The notes: generated from the sequence alone by a model not told the origin. Positions 9,447-22,551 are shown, numbered from the stretch's first letter. The stretch: DNA of 64,000 bases from an uncultured Acidobacteriota bacterium (GCA_963828465.1 CAWHEU010000018.1:32001-96000), one strand, 5' to 3'. Numbers and translations are program-made.

Positions 9447-9952
9447 TCGAAGGTGGCCAGCCCCAGGGCCTCATCCCTCAGGTCACGGAGGGCCTTCTTC
9501 CGGATCGGCCTGTCCAGCCGGTCTATGAGCAGCTTCTGGTCGAGATGGTCGATCTCGTGTTGGAGGACACGGCCCAGAAGACCATCGCCGGCGTACTCGA
9601 CTTCATTCCCTTCCAGGTCGAGAGCACGAGCACGGGCGAAACCGGGGCGTGTGATCTCCCACCAGTGGCCGGGCACCGAAAGGCACCCTTCTTCGTATTC
9701 CCACTCGCCACTGACTTCGACGATCTCCGGGTTGATCATCACCCTCGGCCCGAGCTCGTCCTGGGCGTCGAAGACGGCGATCCGCCTCGGAACTCCGATC
9801 TGGTTGGCGGCAAGCCCGACGCCGGGCGCTTCGTACATCGTCTCGATCATGTCCTGAACCAGTGCCCTGACGGTCTCGTCGATCTCGACCACCGGCTTGG
9901 TCTCGAGACGCAACACCGGGTCGCCAAAGGTGCGGATCGGGTAGACGGCCAT
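9443..9952 (-). CDS. def: peptide deformylase
   Basis: GVGLAANQIG, EGCLS, QHEIDHL. Confidence 0.98.
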   Translation of the reverse strand: MAVYPIRTFGDPVLRLETKPVVEIDETVRALVQDMIETMYEAPGVGLAANQIGVPRRIAVFDAQDELGPRVMINPEIVEVSGEWEYEEGCLSVPGHWWEITRPGFARARALDLEGNEVEYAGDGLLGRVLQHEIDHLDQKLLIDRLDRPIRKKALRDLRDEALGLATFE

Positions 9953-9986
9953 GCTGGCGTGTGACTCTAAATCCCCTCGTGTGGCG

Positions 9987-11765
9987 TCACAGGTCGATCG
10001 GGTCGGCGTCGATGCGAACAGTGGCCCCGGCCTCGCGCCATCGCTGGACGAGCGGGCGCAACCGGGGCTTCAGGGCACCGAGGGATCCCTGAAGGAGCCA
10101 TCGCGAGCCCTGGGCGGAAGGAGCAGGGCCGAGGACCGTCTGCGGCTCCAACGACCTCAGATCCGAATCGAACCGGGACGGACCTTCCTCACCGCGGACC
10201 TCGATCGCCAGCATCTCGGTTGCCGGGGGAAGCCCCAGCCGGGCACGCTCCACGAGCAATCGCTCCAAATACGGAACGGCGTCTCCCCGTTTCAGCGCCG
10301 TCACCAGCGGCGCCTCGGGCATTGACGTCTGCGCCATCATTCGCCTCCCCGGGCCGTTCTCGATGGCGTTGGCCAGGCGGGCCAGAATCCGGAGAGCCTC
10401 TTCGGAGGTTCGATAGTTGTGGCCGAGCATGAGACCATCGACGTCGACCGCTACCGCCAGCGGAACCGGCACAAGCGTGGGCAGATCACGCTCGGTCCCG
10501 ACTGTCACCGGGAAATCGGCTGGATGGATGCCGGCTACGTCATTTCCGAGGCGCCTGTTGATCTCCTTGACCAGCCGCTCCGGCTCGGATCCCATCTCCT
10601 CGAACCCTGTACCCCCACAGTGGAGACAGGGGCCGGTCGCCTGCCCACAGCGCCGGCAGGCGGCCTCCCGACCCAAACGTGAACCACACGACTCACAGAC
10701 CCGCACCCGTCGACAAGAGACACAGCGCATGGATGAGTCCGAGGTCCGGCGGTGGGTGAAGACGAAGGATCTCCTGCGGCCCGCGATCGTCGCCCGGATG
10801 GCTGCCACCGTCCTCTCCGCGAGTGTGCCGGAACCGGGGGCCTCGTCGCGCCGGTCGACGACCTCGACGAGCGGCCATGCCCGCTTCGTGGGGCGAATGA
10901 CCTCCGGTCCCGATGCAAGGACTTCGAGCGACGGAGTGGGGCCGACGAAGGCCACCGAGAAGCCCTCGATCCGGGCGCGGGTCGACACGACGTCCCTGAC
11001 GTGCAACGTCGGCGTCTGCCGGTCCTTCATGGCACGTCTCCCTTCCTCGAGGACGATGGCGAGGGCGAGCGACGGAATGCGCCACACGGCTACGCGGGGA
11101 GTGCCGATGATCAGCCTCCCCGGCCCCTGGGCGTCGGTCCAGGCGTTGGTCAGGTCCCGCGCCACGTCCCCCGAGGCCACCGTGGCGTCAAACCCGCGGT
11201 CACGGGCATCGTCACCGACCATGCGGGCCTCCGCCTCCGTTGCCACGATGACCAGCACCGACTTCTCTGCCTCCAGGATTGGGAGCACGGTGTCGATCCA
11301 GTCGAGGGTCTGCCAGCGCCCGATCACCGCCGTAGCCGGACGACGGTGGCCTGCTGCGATCTCGCGGGTGATTGCGAGCAACGGATGTGCGCCGACCGGA
11401 TGGCTCACATGGGCCGCTGCTTTCTCCGGTGCGGGCATGGTGGGCAGATTCGGGGGCGCCGAGCGCTCGAGCAGCACCGACAACGGGGCCACGTAATGGG
11501 TCGCCGCCCATTGGATCGTCTTAAGGAGCCCGGAGTCGAATACCGGGATCTCACTAGAGAGCGCGGCTATCTCTTTGAGCGCCCCTTCTCGTTCGGCACC
11601 GATCTCCACGACGAAGCCTCGTGTCTTCCGCCCGGAGAGAGGAACCCTGACGATGGAGCCAATCTGCACCAGGTCCCGGAGGTGCTCAGGGATGTCGTAC
11701 CAGAAGCCGTTGTCGACCGCGAACGTTGGGACGCTGGGGACAACTCGAGCCGTCTGTCGACTCAG
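9987..11765 (-). CDS. priA: primosomal protein N' (PriA), degenerate helicase motifs; probable CTG start
   Basis: Frame extends upstream of the ORF-track start with ARVVPSVPTFAVDNGFWYDIPEHL..GSIVRVPLSGR (PriA 3'-DNA-binding domain); four CxxC pairs; C-terminal RIDADPIDL; metK-priA-def order. Confidence 0.9.
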   Translation of the reverse strand: MSRQTARVVPSVPTFAVDNGFWYDIPEHLRDLVQIGSIVRVPLSGRKTRGFVVEIGAEREGALKEIAALSSEIPVFDSGLLKTIQWAATHYVAPLSVLLERSAPPNLPTMPAPEKAAAHVSHPVGAHPLLAITREIAAGHRRPATAVIGRWQTLDWIDTVLPILEAEKSVLVIVATEAEARMVGDDARDRGFDATVASGDVARDLTNAWTDAQGPGRLIIGTPRVAVWRIPSLALAIVLEEGRRAMKDRQTPTLHVRDVVSTRARIEGFSVAFVGPTPSLEVLASGPEVIRPTKRAWPLVEVVDRRDEAPGSGTLAERTVAAIRATIAGRRRSFVFTHRRTSDSSMRCVSCRRVRVCESCGSRLGREAACRRCGQATGPCLHCGGTGFEEMGSEPERLVKEINRRLGNDVAGIHPADFPVTVGTERDLPTLVPVPLAVAVDVDGLMLGHNYRTSEEALRILARLANAIENGPGRRMMAQTSMPEAPLVTALKRGDAVPYLERLLVERARLGLPPATEMLAIEVRGEEGPSRFDSDLRSLEPQTVLGPAPSAQGSRWLLQGSLGALKPRLRPLVQRWREAGATVRIDADPIDL

Positions 11766-12901
11766 AGACCGGCCGCCCCTCTGAGGGCGTCGACCATGTC
11801 GAGACGCTCCCAGGTGAACTCGGGACGACCGAAATGCCCGTAGGCGGCAGTCCCGGCAAAGATCGGATTCCTCAACTCGAGATGCTCGATGATCGCCGCA
11901 GGCCTGAAGTCGAACACTTCTTTGACTACGTTCTCGATCTTCTCAGGCGGGATCTGCTCGGTGCCAAAGGTTTCGACGTGGATGGAGAAGGGCTCAGCCT
12001 GGCCGATGGCGTACGAGAGCTGTATCTCGACCTTCCGGGCGACGCCGGAGGCGACGATGTTCTTGGCCGCCCATCGAGCTCCGTAGGCGGCCGAGCGGTC
12101 GACCTTGGTGGCGTCCTTCCCGGAGAAGGCCCCTCCCCCATGACGGGCGTATCCGCCATAGGTGTCGACGATGATCTTGCGGCCGGTGAGGCCAGTGTCC
12201 GCCACCGGGCCCCCTACCTCGAATCGCCCTGACGGGTTGAAGATGAATCCGATGTGCGGGTCGAGCATGTCTTCGGGAATGACCGCAGCCACGACTGCGT
12301 CGAAGACCTCCTGTCGCATCTCTCCCTGGTCCTTGTCCTGGGCATGGTGAGCGGAGATGAGGACCTTTTCCACCGCCACGGGGCGGTCACCCTCATAGCG
12401 GACCATCACCTGGGTCTTGCCGTCGGGCCGGAGATACTCCAGCTTGCCCGTCTTGCGCACTTCGGTGAGTCGCTCGGCCATCCGGTGAGCCAGCTGAATG
12501 GGCAAGGGCATCAACTCGGCGGTCTCATCGACGGCAAATCCGAACATGAGCCCCTGGTCGCCTGCCCCGAGCTCGCGATCGACACCGTCGGAGATATCCG
12601 GGCTCTGTTGCTGGACACGGTCCTGAATCTCGAGTTGGCCGGCGGCAAAGCCAGGGTCGAAGCCGTCGTAGCCGATCCGCATGACGGTGTCATCGACGAT
12701 GGCCGCGACATCTGGCTCGGCTCCCTCGCTGATCTCCCCTCCGACAATGGCCAGACGGGTGGTGACGAAGACCTCGCACGCCACTCGCGCCATCTTGTCG
12801 TTGGCCAGGGCTGCGTCGAGAACCGAGTCCGAGATGGCGTCGGCCACCTTGTCCGGATGGCCTTCTGTGACCGACTCTGAGGTGAAATACCAGCTTCTCA
12901 T
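11762..12901 (-). CDS. metK: S-adenosylmethionine synthetase
   Basis: FTSESVTEGHPDK, GAGDQG, GGGAFSGKDATKVDRS. Confidence 0.99.
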   Translation of the reverse strand: MRSWYFTSESVTEGHPDKVADAISDSVLDAALANDKMARVACEVFVTTRLAIVGGEISEGAEPDVAAIVDDTVMRIGYDGFDPGFAAGQLEIQDRVQQQSPDISDGVDRELGAGDQGLMFGFAVDETAELMPLPIQLAHRMAERLTEVRKTGKLEYLRPDGKTQVMVRYEGDRPVAVEKVLISAHHAQDKDQGEMRQEVFDAVVAAVIPEDMLDPHIGFIFNPSGRFEVGGPVADTGLTGRKIIVDTYGGYARHGGGAFSGKDATKVDRSAAYGARWAAKNIVASGVARKVEIQLSYAIGQAEPFSIHVETFGTEQIPPEKIENVVKEVFDFRPAAIIEHLELRNPIFAGTAAYGHFGRPEFTWERLDMVDALRGAAGL

Positions 12902-12913
12902 GCGGGGGCGAGA

Positions 12914-14095
12914 TTAACCCTGTTCCCCGATGGCGGCGGCCACCCGGTCGAGGAGCCGCTCGGCCACTTCGGATTTGGCGAGGAGGGGCAGCTCTTCGGT
13001 TTCACCGGACCGGTCGATGAGGACCACACGGTTGGTGTCGGTCCCGAACCCCGACCCAGGCTCGGTCACGTCGTTGTAGACCAGGAGGTCGACATCCTTC
13101 TTTCGAGCTTTCTCGATTGCCCGCTCAACTCCACCCGTCTCGGCGGCGAACCCGACTGTGAACGGCCGGGGATGACGCTGCACGACCGATGCCAGGATGT
13201 CCGGGGTTTCCGTGAGCTCGATGGAAGGAACGCCGTCGGCCCTGGGGATCTTGGATTCTGCCGCAGACTTCGGCCGGAAGTCAGCGACCGCCGCGGCCAT
13301 GATGGCGACATGTGGATCCACACCGGCGACTGCCGCCAGCATCTCCTCGGCAGTTTCCACGCGGATCAGTTTCGCGGCCGGATGGGTTGGCAAATCGGCC
13401 GTGGTCACCAAGGTCACGTCGTACCCGCGACGAATCGCCGCGTCTGCGATCGCGTGACCCATCTTCCCGGACGAGCGGTTGCCCAGGTAGCGCACGGGGT
13501 CTAGCGGCTCACGGGTCCCTCCCGCCGTCACCAGGACCTTCTGACCTTTGCCCTCACCGCCCAGGATGTCGCCGGCGGCGACAACGATCTCCTCGGGCTC
13601 AGCGACGCGGCCCATCCCGGAATCCCCCCCGGCGAGGGGGCCGATCTCGGGACCAATCATGTGGTAGCCGAAACCGCGCAAGGTCTCCAGATTGCGTTCG
13701 GTCGCAGGGTGCTCCCACATCTCCGTGTGCATCGCCGGCGCCAGCAACACAGGGACAGTCGTGGCGATGATGGTGGCACTGACGAGGTCCTCGGAGATGC
13801 CGTTCGCCACTCGGCCGATAGTGGCTCCGGTGGCCGGGGCGACGATCACGAGATCCGCCCATCGGGCCAACTCGGTGTGGGGCGAGACCAGATCGGCGGC
13901 AAAGAGCGCTGTGAAAGGGTGCTCGCCAGTGATGGCGGCAAAGGTCTGGGCGCCGACGAACTCGAGAGCTGACTCGGTCATCTCCACCCGCACGGTGGCT
14001 CCGGCCTCGACGAGACGCCGAGCGAGGTAGGCGGATTTGTAAGCGGCTACGCCGCCCGTGACGCACAGAAGGACGCGGCGGCCCTGCAGCATCAC
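12914..14095 (-). CDS. coaBC: bifunctional phosphopantothenoylcysteine decarboxylase/synthase
   Basis: [47 protein letters not shown]. Confidence 0.98.
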   Translation of the reverse strand: MMLQGRRVLLCVTGGVAAYKSAYLARRLVEAGATVRVEMTESALEFVGAQTFAAITGEHPFTALFAADLVSPHTELARWADLVIVAPATGATIGRVANGISEDLVSATIIATTVPVLLAPAMHTEMWEHPATERNLETLRGFGYHMIGPEIGPLAGGDSGMGRVAEPEEIVVAAGDILGGEGKGQKVLVTAGGTREPLDPVRYLGNRSSGKMGHAIADAAIRRGYDVTLVTTADLPTHPAAKLIRVETAEEMLAAVAGVDPHVAIMAAAVADFRPKSAAESKIPRADGVPSIELTETPDILASVVQRHPRPFTVGFAAETGGVERAIEKARKKDVDLLVYNDVTEPGSGFGTDTNRVVLIDRSGETEELPLLAKSEVAERLLDRVAAAIGEQG

Positions 14096-14313
14096 TCTTC
14101 TACGGTGTCGACCGAGACCTTGCCTTCCGCGATCTCCTCCATGGCGATCGTCAACGGCTTGCGGGACAGCGAGTGGACCTGGGGCGGTACGAACTCACCG
14201 TACCCGACGCCGAGCTGGTGGAAATAGCCGTTGATTTGGCGGGCCCGGCGGGCCGAGATGACGACCGTCGCGAAACGGTTGCCGATCTGGTCGATGACCT
14301 GTTCGATCTTCAT
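14092..14313 (-). CDS. rpoZ: RNA polymerase omega subunit
   Basis: [28 protein letters not shown]...[14 protein letters not shown]; C-terminal part of ORF 14092..14913. Confidence 0.93.
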   Translation of the reverse strand: MKIEQVIDQIGNRFATVVISARRARQINGYFHQLGVGYGEFVPPQVHSLSRKPLTIAMEEIAEGKVSVDTVEE

Positions 14314-14354
14314 GGGATCCTTTACGGGAAGGGGGATGCGAACAGAGTACCCGA

Positions 14355-14913
14355 TCAGCGGGTGGTAATCAGCCCCTCCAACTCCGATATGGCCTGATCG
14401 AGGTTGTCGTTGACGACGATGTGGTCGAAGAGATCGGGCGCTTCGGCCATCTCCGATTTTGCGATCTCGAGCCGATCCTCGATGTCCTCGTCGGAGGTGT
14501 CGCCCCGGCGGCGCAATCTCCTTTCCAACTCCTCGAGGCTTGGGGGAGCTATGAAATACATGATTGCTTCGGGTTTGCGCTCCCGCACCTGGCGGGCCCC
14601 CTGGATCTCGATCTCGAGGAGGATGTCGCGTTGGTCCACCAGGGTCTCCTCGATCAGAGCCTGAGGCGTGCCGTAGTACCGATTGTTGTAGATAGCCCAC
14701 TCGAGAAGCTCGTCGTTCTCGATCATCTTCTCGAAATCCCGTCGCGAGATGAAGTTGTAATGGACACCGTGCCGCTCGCCCGGGACGCGGCAGCCTGGTG
14801 GTGGCGGAAACGGAGAACTCGATACCGAGACGCTCGATGAGCTCACGAACGATGCTCGACTTTCCCGAGCCCGATGGCCCGGACACGACGAGAAGCCGGG
14901 CGGCGGCGGCCAC
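14355..14913 (-). CDS. gmk: guanylate kinase (1-nt insertion frameshift at about 14779-14784)
   Basis: [12 protein letters not shown]...[12 protein letters not shown] in one frame, then [10 protein letters not shown]...LEWA..YYGT..EIEIQGA in the next; span is 3n+1. Confidence 0.93.
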
Positions 14914-14914
14914 T

Positions 14915-15229
14915 TCAGGAGAACTCGGCTAGGAGAGCCTCTTTCTGCTTGTCTCCCAGGCCCCTGATCCTGCGGTTTTCGGCAATACCCACCGATTCCA
15001 TGAGACGCTTCGCCTTGATCTTCCCGGTGCCGGGCATCGCTGCGAGGGCCCGCTCCACCTTGAGGCCGGCGAGGAGCTCATCACTGTCGGCCTTCTCGAA
15101 CAACTCGGAGAGGCGAAGGGACCCTGTCTTCAACAACTCCTTGGCCTCGGCGCGCACTCGTCTCGCCTCCGCTGCCTTGGCCAGCGCTGCTGCTCTCTGC
15201 TCATCGGTCAATTGGGGTGGTTGCGCCAT
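14915..15229 (-). CDS. mihF: actinobacterial integration host factor (mIHF)
   Basis: [25 protein letters not shown]..., [23 protein letters not shown]. Confidence 0.95.
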   Translation of the reverse strand: MAQPPQLTDEQRAAALAKAAEARRVRAEAKELLKTGSLRLSELFEKADSDELLAGLKVERALAAMPGTGKIKAKRLMESVGIAENRRIRGLGDKQKEALLAEFS

Positions 15230-15258
15230 GTCCTCATCTCGTTCGACGAACCGTGACC

Positions 15259-15982
15259 CTAGCCAGCATGACTTGCGCCGGTCGTCGAAACCGCAGCCTC
15301 GATCTCCCGCAATATCGACAAGGTGGCCGCCGCCGGATCGGCCGCCGCAGTGATCGGGCGGCCCACAACCAGCAGGTCGGCCCCCGCCTCGATCGCCTGC
15401 GCTGGCGTGGCCACTCTCTTCTGATCGGCACTATCTGAACCGGCCGGCCTGATGCCGGGCGTGGCGACGATGAGATCGAGATCGAGCGCCTTTACCGACG
15501 CCGACTCGGGCACGGCGCACACCACCCCTTCGGCGCCGGCCGCGGCGGCCAACCGGGACATAGCGGTGACGTGTTCAGCGGGACCCTGACTGAACCCGAC
15601 TGCTTCCAGTCTCGCCTCGTCTAGTGAGGTGAGGATGGTGACAGCCAGGATCCCGGCTTCGCCTTCGGAGTTGGAGGCGAGCGCTTCCACAGCTGTCCGG
15701 ATCATCTCCTCGCCTCCAGAGGCGTGGACGGTCACCCAGCGTGCCCCGATGGAGCCCAGCCGGCTTGCTGCTCCAGCCACCGTGTTCGGGATGTCATGGA
15801 GCTTCGCGTCGACGAAGACCGGAGCACCAAGGGCGGCAACCCGTGACACGATGCCGGGGCCCTCCCCCATGAGCAGCTCGAGCCCGACCTTGAAGCCACC
15901 GACATGCGGATTAATGGCCCCGGCGATGTCGGAGCGCTTCCTCTCCTGTAGGCACGTCGAGGGCGACTATGAGGAGACTCAC
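15259..15982 (-). CDS. pyrF: orotidine 5'-phosphate decarboxylase (1-nt insertion frameshift at about 15931-15932)
   Basis: GTG at 15982 overlaps the pyrD stop: [17 protein letters not shown]|DIAGAINPHVGGFKVGLELL; DAKLHDIPNTV, TPGIR, VVGRPI; span is 3n+1. Confidence 0.93.
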
Positions 15983-16893
15983 CAGGGCACGACTCCCCCC
16001 ACCAGGTCGGGCACCGCCGCGTCGCGCCGTTCTAGATCGCGACTCAGCTCACGCTCGATGCGCTTTCCGGCGCGTGGCTCGGCGAGATGTGCGGTGCCGA
16101 TCGCTACCGCCGATGCACCTGCGAGGAGATACTCGACGACGTCCTTTCCGGTCATGACACCTCCGCACCCGACAATGGGGGCTCCGGGCAGGGCGCGGGA
16201 CACTTCGTACACACAGCGCAGAGAGATGGCCTTCAGACCCGGACCGCTGTAGCCGCCGACTCCGCCACTGAGCAGTGGGCGGCCGCTGACGGGGTCGATG
16301 CCGAACCCGAGAATCGTGTTGGTCAGGGTGAGGAATGTGGCGCCAGCCGCCAGACAGGCGGCGGCGACCGCCACGATGTCATCGGTGTTGGGTGAGAGCT
16401 TGGCGCCTACCGGCACCTCTGATGTCGCCGCCACCGCCGTGACCACCTCGGCCGACCTCGGTGCATCTAGCGAGAACATGCGCCCATCTTCGAGATTTGG
16501 GCAAGAGAGGTTGATCTCGATGACTGGCACACCTGCCGAGACGAGCCCTTTGGCCACCATGGCGAACTCGTCTGGAGTTTCCCCGACCGCAGACCCCCAC
16601 ACCGGCACCCCGATACCGGCAAGTAGCGGTGTCATAGTCTCGACCCAGGCCTCGATGCCCGGGTTCTGGATGCCGATCCCGTTGAGCATGCCGGGGCCGG
16701 CCGGGGCGAGACGTGGGGCCGGCCGGCCTGCCCACTCCACCGGGGCGACCGACTTGGCTACTGCGGCCCCGTAGGGCGAGACATCGGCCACCTCCGCCCA
16801 CTCCCAGACAGACCCGACAGTGCCCGAGGCGGCGATGAGCGGGCTTCGCAGCTCGATCGGGCCCAGGCGTGTCGTCAGACGGTCTGGTGCCAT
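15979..16893 (-). CDS. pyrD: dihydroorotate dehydrogenase, family 1 catalytic subunit
   Basis: [31 protein letters not shown]. Confidence 0.95.
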   Translation of the reverse strand: MAPDRLTTRLGPIELRSPLIAASGTVGSVWEWAEVADVSPYGAAVAKSVAPVEWAGRPAPRLAPAGPGMLNGIGIQNPGIEAWVETMTPLLAGIGVPVWGSAVGETPDEFAMVAKGLVSAGVPVIEINLSCPNLEDGRMFSLDAPRSAEVVTAVAATSEVPVGAKLSPNTDDIVAVAAACLAAGATFLTLTNTILGFGIDPVSGRPLLSGGVGGYSGPGLKAISLRCVYEVSRALPGAPIVGCGGVMTGKDVVEYLLAGASAVAIGTAHLAEPRAGKRIERELSRDLERRDAAVPDLVGGVVPW

Positions 16894-19800
16894 TCCTGGA
16901 GGCTCCTCGGTCGCTGGATGGCGCCTGGCCCGGCGCGGAGGCTGCGGGCCACCGCCAGCCCACCCTGGATCGTGGTCACGCAGGGAATGGAGTGGGAACG
17001 GGCGGCGATCCGGATCGTCCTGCCGTCGGATCGCGCCTTGCCGCCGCGAGGTGTGTTGATGACGAGTTGCACCTCGCCGTCCTCGAGACGTTGCCCGATG
17101 TCCCTCGGCCCCTCGCCGACCTTGTGGACCGGATCGGCGTCGATTGCGTGATGCTTCAGGTACCGGGCGGTGCCGTGGGTCGCGACCAGGTCGAACCCCA
17201 GCATGGTGAAAGCCTGGGCCACGGCCAGCCCCATCGCCTTGTCCCTGTCGGCGAAAGACAGAAACACCCGCCCGCGTGTCGGCAGGATGTGACCGGCCGC
17301 GAGCAAGGCCTTTGCAAAGGCAACTCCGACGTCGGGGCCGATCCCCATCACCTCGCCGGTGGCCCGCATCTCCGGACCGAGCACCGAGTCCTCCTCGGGG
17401 AATCGGTCCCAGGGGAGGACTGCGTTCTTCACTGCGACGAAGTCGGGGCGTTGGGTCGAGATCGGCACTACTCCCTCACGGCGAAGCTCTTCGAGGGAGC
17501 TGCCCATCATCACCCTGGCTGCTATCCGGGCGAGAGGCACGGCAGTTGCTTTGCTGATGAACGGGACCGTCCTGCTCCCCCGAGGGTTGGCCTCGAGGAC
17601 GTAGACGTCGTCTCCCTTGACCGCGAACTGCAGATTGATCAAGCCGCGCACGCCGAGCGCTGCGGCCAGCTCTGATGTCGCCCTGAGGATCTCTTTGTGG
17701 GCCTCGTCCGAGATCGTCGGCGGCGGGGTGACGCAGTCTGAATCACCGGAATGGACACCAGCCTCTTCGACATGCTCCATGACACCGCCGAGGAGCAGCT
17801 CGGAGCCGTCATAGACCGCGTCGACGTCGATCTCTACGGCTGCCTCGAGGAATCGGTCGATGAGGATTGGTGCCCCGGTCAGCTCCGGGTCGGCCTCGCC
17901 ATACATCTCCCTCACGTAGTCGGCCAGCTCCTCGACGCTGTATACCACCCGCATCTTCCGGCCCCCGAGGACGAAGGAAGGCCTGACCATGACCGGCAGA
18001 CCGATCTGATCGACTACGTCTTCGGCTTCGCGCGCCGATGACGCCGAGCCGGCGGGAGGCTGACGGAGCCCCAGGCTCTTGCATAGCTCTGCGAACTGCT
18101 CACGATCCTCCGCCAACTCGATCGATGCCGGCGAGGTGCCGGCGATGGGCACTCCGGCATCCTGCAGCGCCCTAGCCAGGTTGAGCGGGGTCTGTCCCCC
18201 GAGTTGGACCACGACGGCCTCGGGCCTCTCCGCCTCGATGACGGACAACACGTCCTCGACTGTCAGGGGCTCGAAATAGAGCCGATTCGACGTGTCGTAG
18301 TCCGTCGAGACCGTCTCGGGGTTGCAGTTGACCATCACGGTCTCGTATCCCGCGTCGCGCAGGGCGAATGCAGCGTGCACACAGCAGTAGTCGAATTCGA
18401 TGCCCTGGCCGATCCGGTTGGGGCCGGAGCCGAGTACCACAACCCGGGGCCGTTCGGCCGGGGGCACCTCAGATTCCTCCTCGAAGGTCCCGTACATGTA
18501 CGGGGTGTGGGCTTCGAACTCGGCGGCGCAGGTGTCCACGGTCTTGTAGGTGCGGTTGATCCCGAAACGAGCGCGGGCCTCCCGGACTTCGATTTCGGTC
18601 TCGCCCCAGAGATGGGCGAGTTGGCGATCGGAAAAGCCGTACCTCTTCGCCTCTTTCAGCAGGTCTCGATTCCCGGAGCCCGCTGCTTCGATCTCAGATC
18701 GCAACTCGACGATCTCGGCGATCTGGTCGACGAACCACGGGTCGATGGTGCTGAGCCGTGAAACCTCGGCGACGCCCCATCCTCGTCGTAACCCCTCGCC
18801 GACGGCGAAAACCCGATTCGGCGTCGGGATGGCTATTGCCTGGCTCAACTCGTCGTCGTGCATGTCGCGCAGGGTGTGCTCCCCGGCATCGGCATTCAGG
18901 CCGTCACGCCCGTTCTCCATGCTTCGAAGGGCCTTCTGCAGCGCCTCCGGGAACGTTCGGCCAATCGACATCGCCTCGCCGACGCTCCGCATCGACGTGC
19001 CGAGCCGGTTCGAGGCCGATGGAAACTTCGCGAAGTCGAAGCGCGGCACCTTGACCACGACATAGTCCAGCGCCGGCTCGAAGGAGGCAGGCGTCGCCCC
19101 TGTGATGTCGTTGGCGATCTCATCCAGTGTGTAGCCCACGGCGAGAAGCGCGGCGATCTTGGCGATGGGGAATCCGGTCGCCTTGCTGGCCAATGCAGAC
19201 GACCGGCTCACTCTCGGGTTCATCTCGATCACGAGACGGCGTCCGGTGTCGGGGTCGACGGCGAACTGGACATTGGAGCCGCCGGTCTCGACGCCGATCG
19301 CCCGGAGCACCGCAATCCCGTCGTCCCGCATCTCCTGGTACTCGCGGTCGGAAAGGGTCTGGATTGGTGCCACTGTGATCGAATCGCCGGTGTGCACCCC
19401 CATCGGATCGAGGTTCTCGATCGAGCAAACGATCACCGCGTTGTCCTTGTGGTCACGCATGACCTCGAGCTCGAACTCTTTCCAGCCCTCGACCGATTCC
19501 TCGACGAGAATCTCCGACACCGGAGACGTGGCCAGACCATGGCGAGCCACTTCGATGAATTCCTCGTCGTCGGCGGCAATTCCCGTGCCCCCTCCGCCGA
19601 GGATGAAGGAGGGGCGGACCATGATCGGGAAACCGATCTCTTGTGCGATCTTCACCGCCTCGGTCATCGAGCGGGCATACCCGGCCCGTGGCACCTCGAG
19701 GCCTACCTTCTCCATGGTCTCCTTGAACAGACCGCGATCCTCGGCCCGCTCGATCACCTCCAGACCGGCTCCGATCATCTCGACTCCGAGTCGCTCGAGG

Positions 19801-20119
19801 ATCCCCCTGCGGGCGAGCTCAGAGGCGACGTTGAGGGCGGTCTGGCCGCCGAGAGTGGGAAGGAGAGCGTCGGGCTGCTCCCTGGCGATGATCTCCGCCA
19901 CCACCTCGGGGGTGATCGGCTCGATATAGGTCGCATCTGCGAACTCGGGGTCCGTCATGATCGTGGCGGGGTTGGAATTGACCAGGATCACCCGGTATCC
20001 CTCGGCCCGGAGCACCTTCGCCGCCTGGGTGCCCGAATAGTCGAACTCACAGCCCTGGCCGATGACGATCGGCCCCGAGCCGATGAGGAGGATCGATCTC
20101 AGATCGCGTCTCGCCGGCA

Positions 20120-20120
<1 letters not shown>
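16875..20120 (-). CDS. carB: carbamoyl-phosphate synthase large subunit
   Basis: [51 protein letters not shown]-terminal MGS domain. Confidence 0.99.
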
Positions 20121-21282
<1,162 letters not shown>

Positions 21283-21286
<4 letters not shown>

Positions 21287-22551
21287 ATGAGCCCTCCTTC
21301 GTACGAGACTCGGCCTTCGTAAATCGTCGCCAGCACCCTGCCAGTCAACTCCGTCCCGGCAAATGGGCTGTTCTGAGACTTGGACGCGAACGACCCTGGA
21401 ACCCATCGACGAGCCGGATCGAAGAGAACGAGATTGGCCGGTGATCCGGGTTCCACCTCTCGTCCCTGGCGCTCCAGCCCGGCGATCCTCGCGGGTGAAA
21501 GACTCATGCGGTCGAAGAAGATCCTCTGGTCGTCGCCGACCGCGTACGAGGCCACTGCCGCCGCTGCCGTCTCGAGCCCGATGACACCGCGTGGTGCCTC
21601 CTCGAAGGGCACCTCCTTTTCAGAAGGGGCGTGCGGGGCGTGATCGGTGGCTATCGCATCGATGACACCATCCCGAACGGCCGATCGCAATGCGGCCTGG
21701 TCTTCGGCGCCGCGCAACGGGGGGTACATCTTCAGATTCGGGTCGAGGCCCTCGAGGGCAGAATCGTCCAGAGCCAGATGATGTGGCGTCACCTCCGATG
21801 TCACCGATATGCCCGCCTTCCTGGCTTCCCTGATCAGCTCCACCGAGCGGGCGGTCGACACGTGCTGGATGTGCAGGGCAGCCCCCGTCTCGGCCGCGAT
21901 CGCAATGTCCCTGGCGACTATCACGTCCTCGGCGACACCGGGCAGGCTCGCGATCCCCAGCCGAGCCGAGACCATCCCCTCGTGCATGTGGCCCTCGCCT
22001 GCAATCGACCGATCTTCGGCGTGCTCGGCAACCACGGCACCGGGCAGGTCGCGCAGATAGGCCATGATTCTTCGCAACAGCCCAGCTTCGGGGACCGCAT
22101 CGCCGTCATCGCTGAAGATCCTCACGCCTGCCTCATACATGGCGTCGAATCCCGCCATCTCCGTGCCGGCTCGGCGCTCGGTCAATGTCCCCGCTACCAC
22201 GATGTCCATCGTGTCGACGGCGCGGGCTCGTTCGACAGCGGCGACGGCCGACGACCCGCCGTCCACCGGAGGCACTGTGTTGGGCATGGCCACTATCGCC
22301 GTGAAACCGCCCGCGGCTGCTGCCCGGGAGCCGGAACCCACATCCTCCTTCCAGGTTTGTCCGGGGTCGCGGAGATGGACATGGAGATCCACCAGGCCGG
22401 GGCCGAGCCAGGCCCCTTTGGCGTCGATCACCCTGGCCCCGTTCGCGACCGGATCGGTCCCCACTGAAGTGATGGTGTCACCCTCGATCACGACGGTGGA
22501 CTGGTCGATCCCGTTAGCCCGAAGCACGCTGGCATTGCGGATGACGATCAT
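21283..22551 (-). CDS. pyrC: dihydroorotase
   Basis: DLHVHLRDPG, MPNT, EVTPHHL, ATDHAPH, GVIGLET. Confidence 0.97.

Noticed and set aside
14092-14913. 273-aa Gmk-RpoZ fusion as a real annotated protein
   Set aside because: The middle section is an Arg/Pro/Gly-rich off-frame read of gmk, best explained by a 1-nt insertion. Kept only as a low-probability finding.
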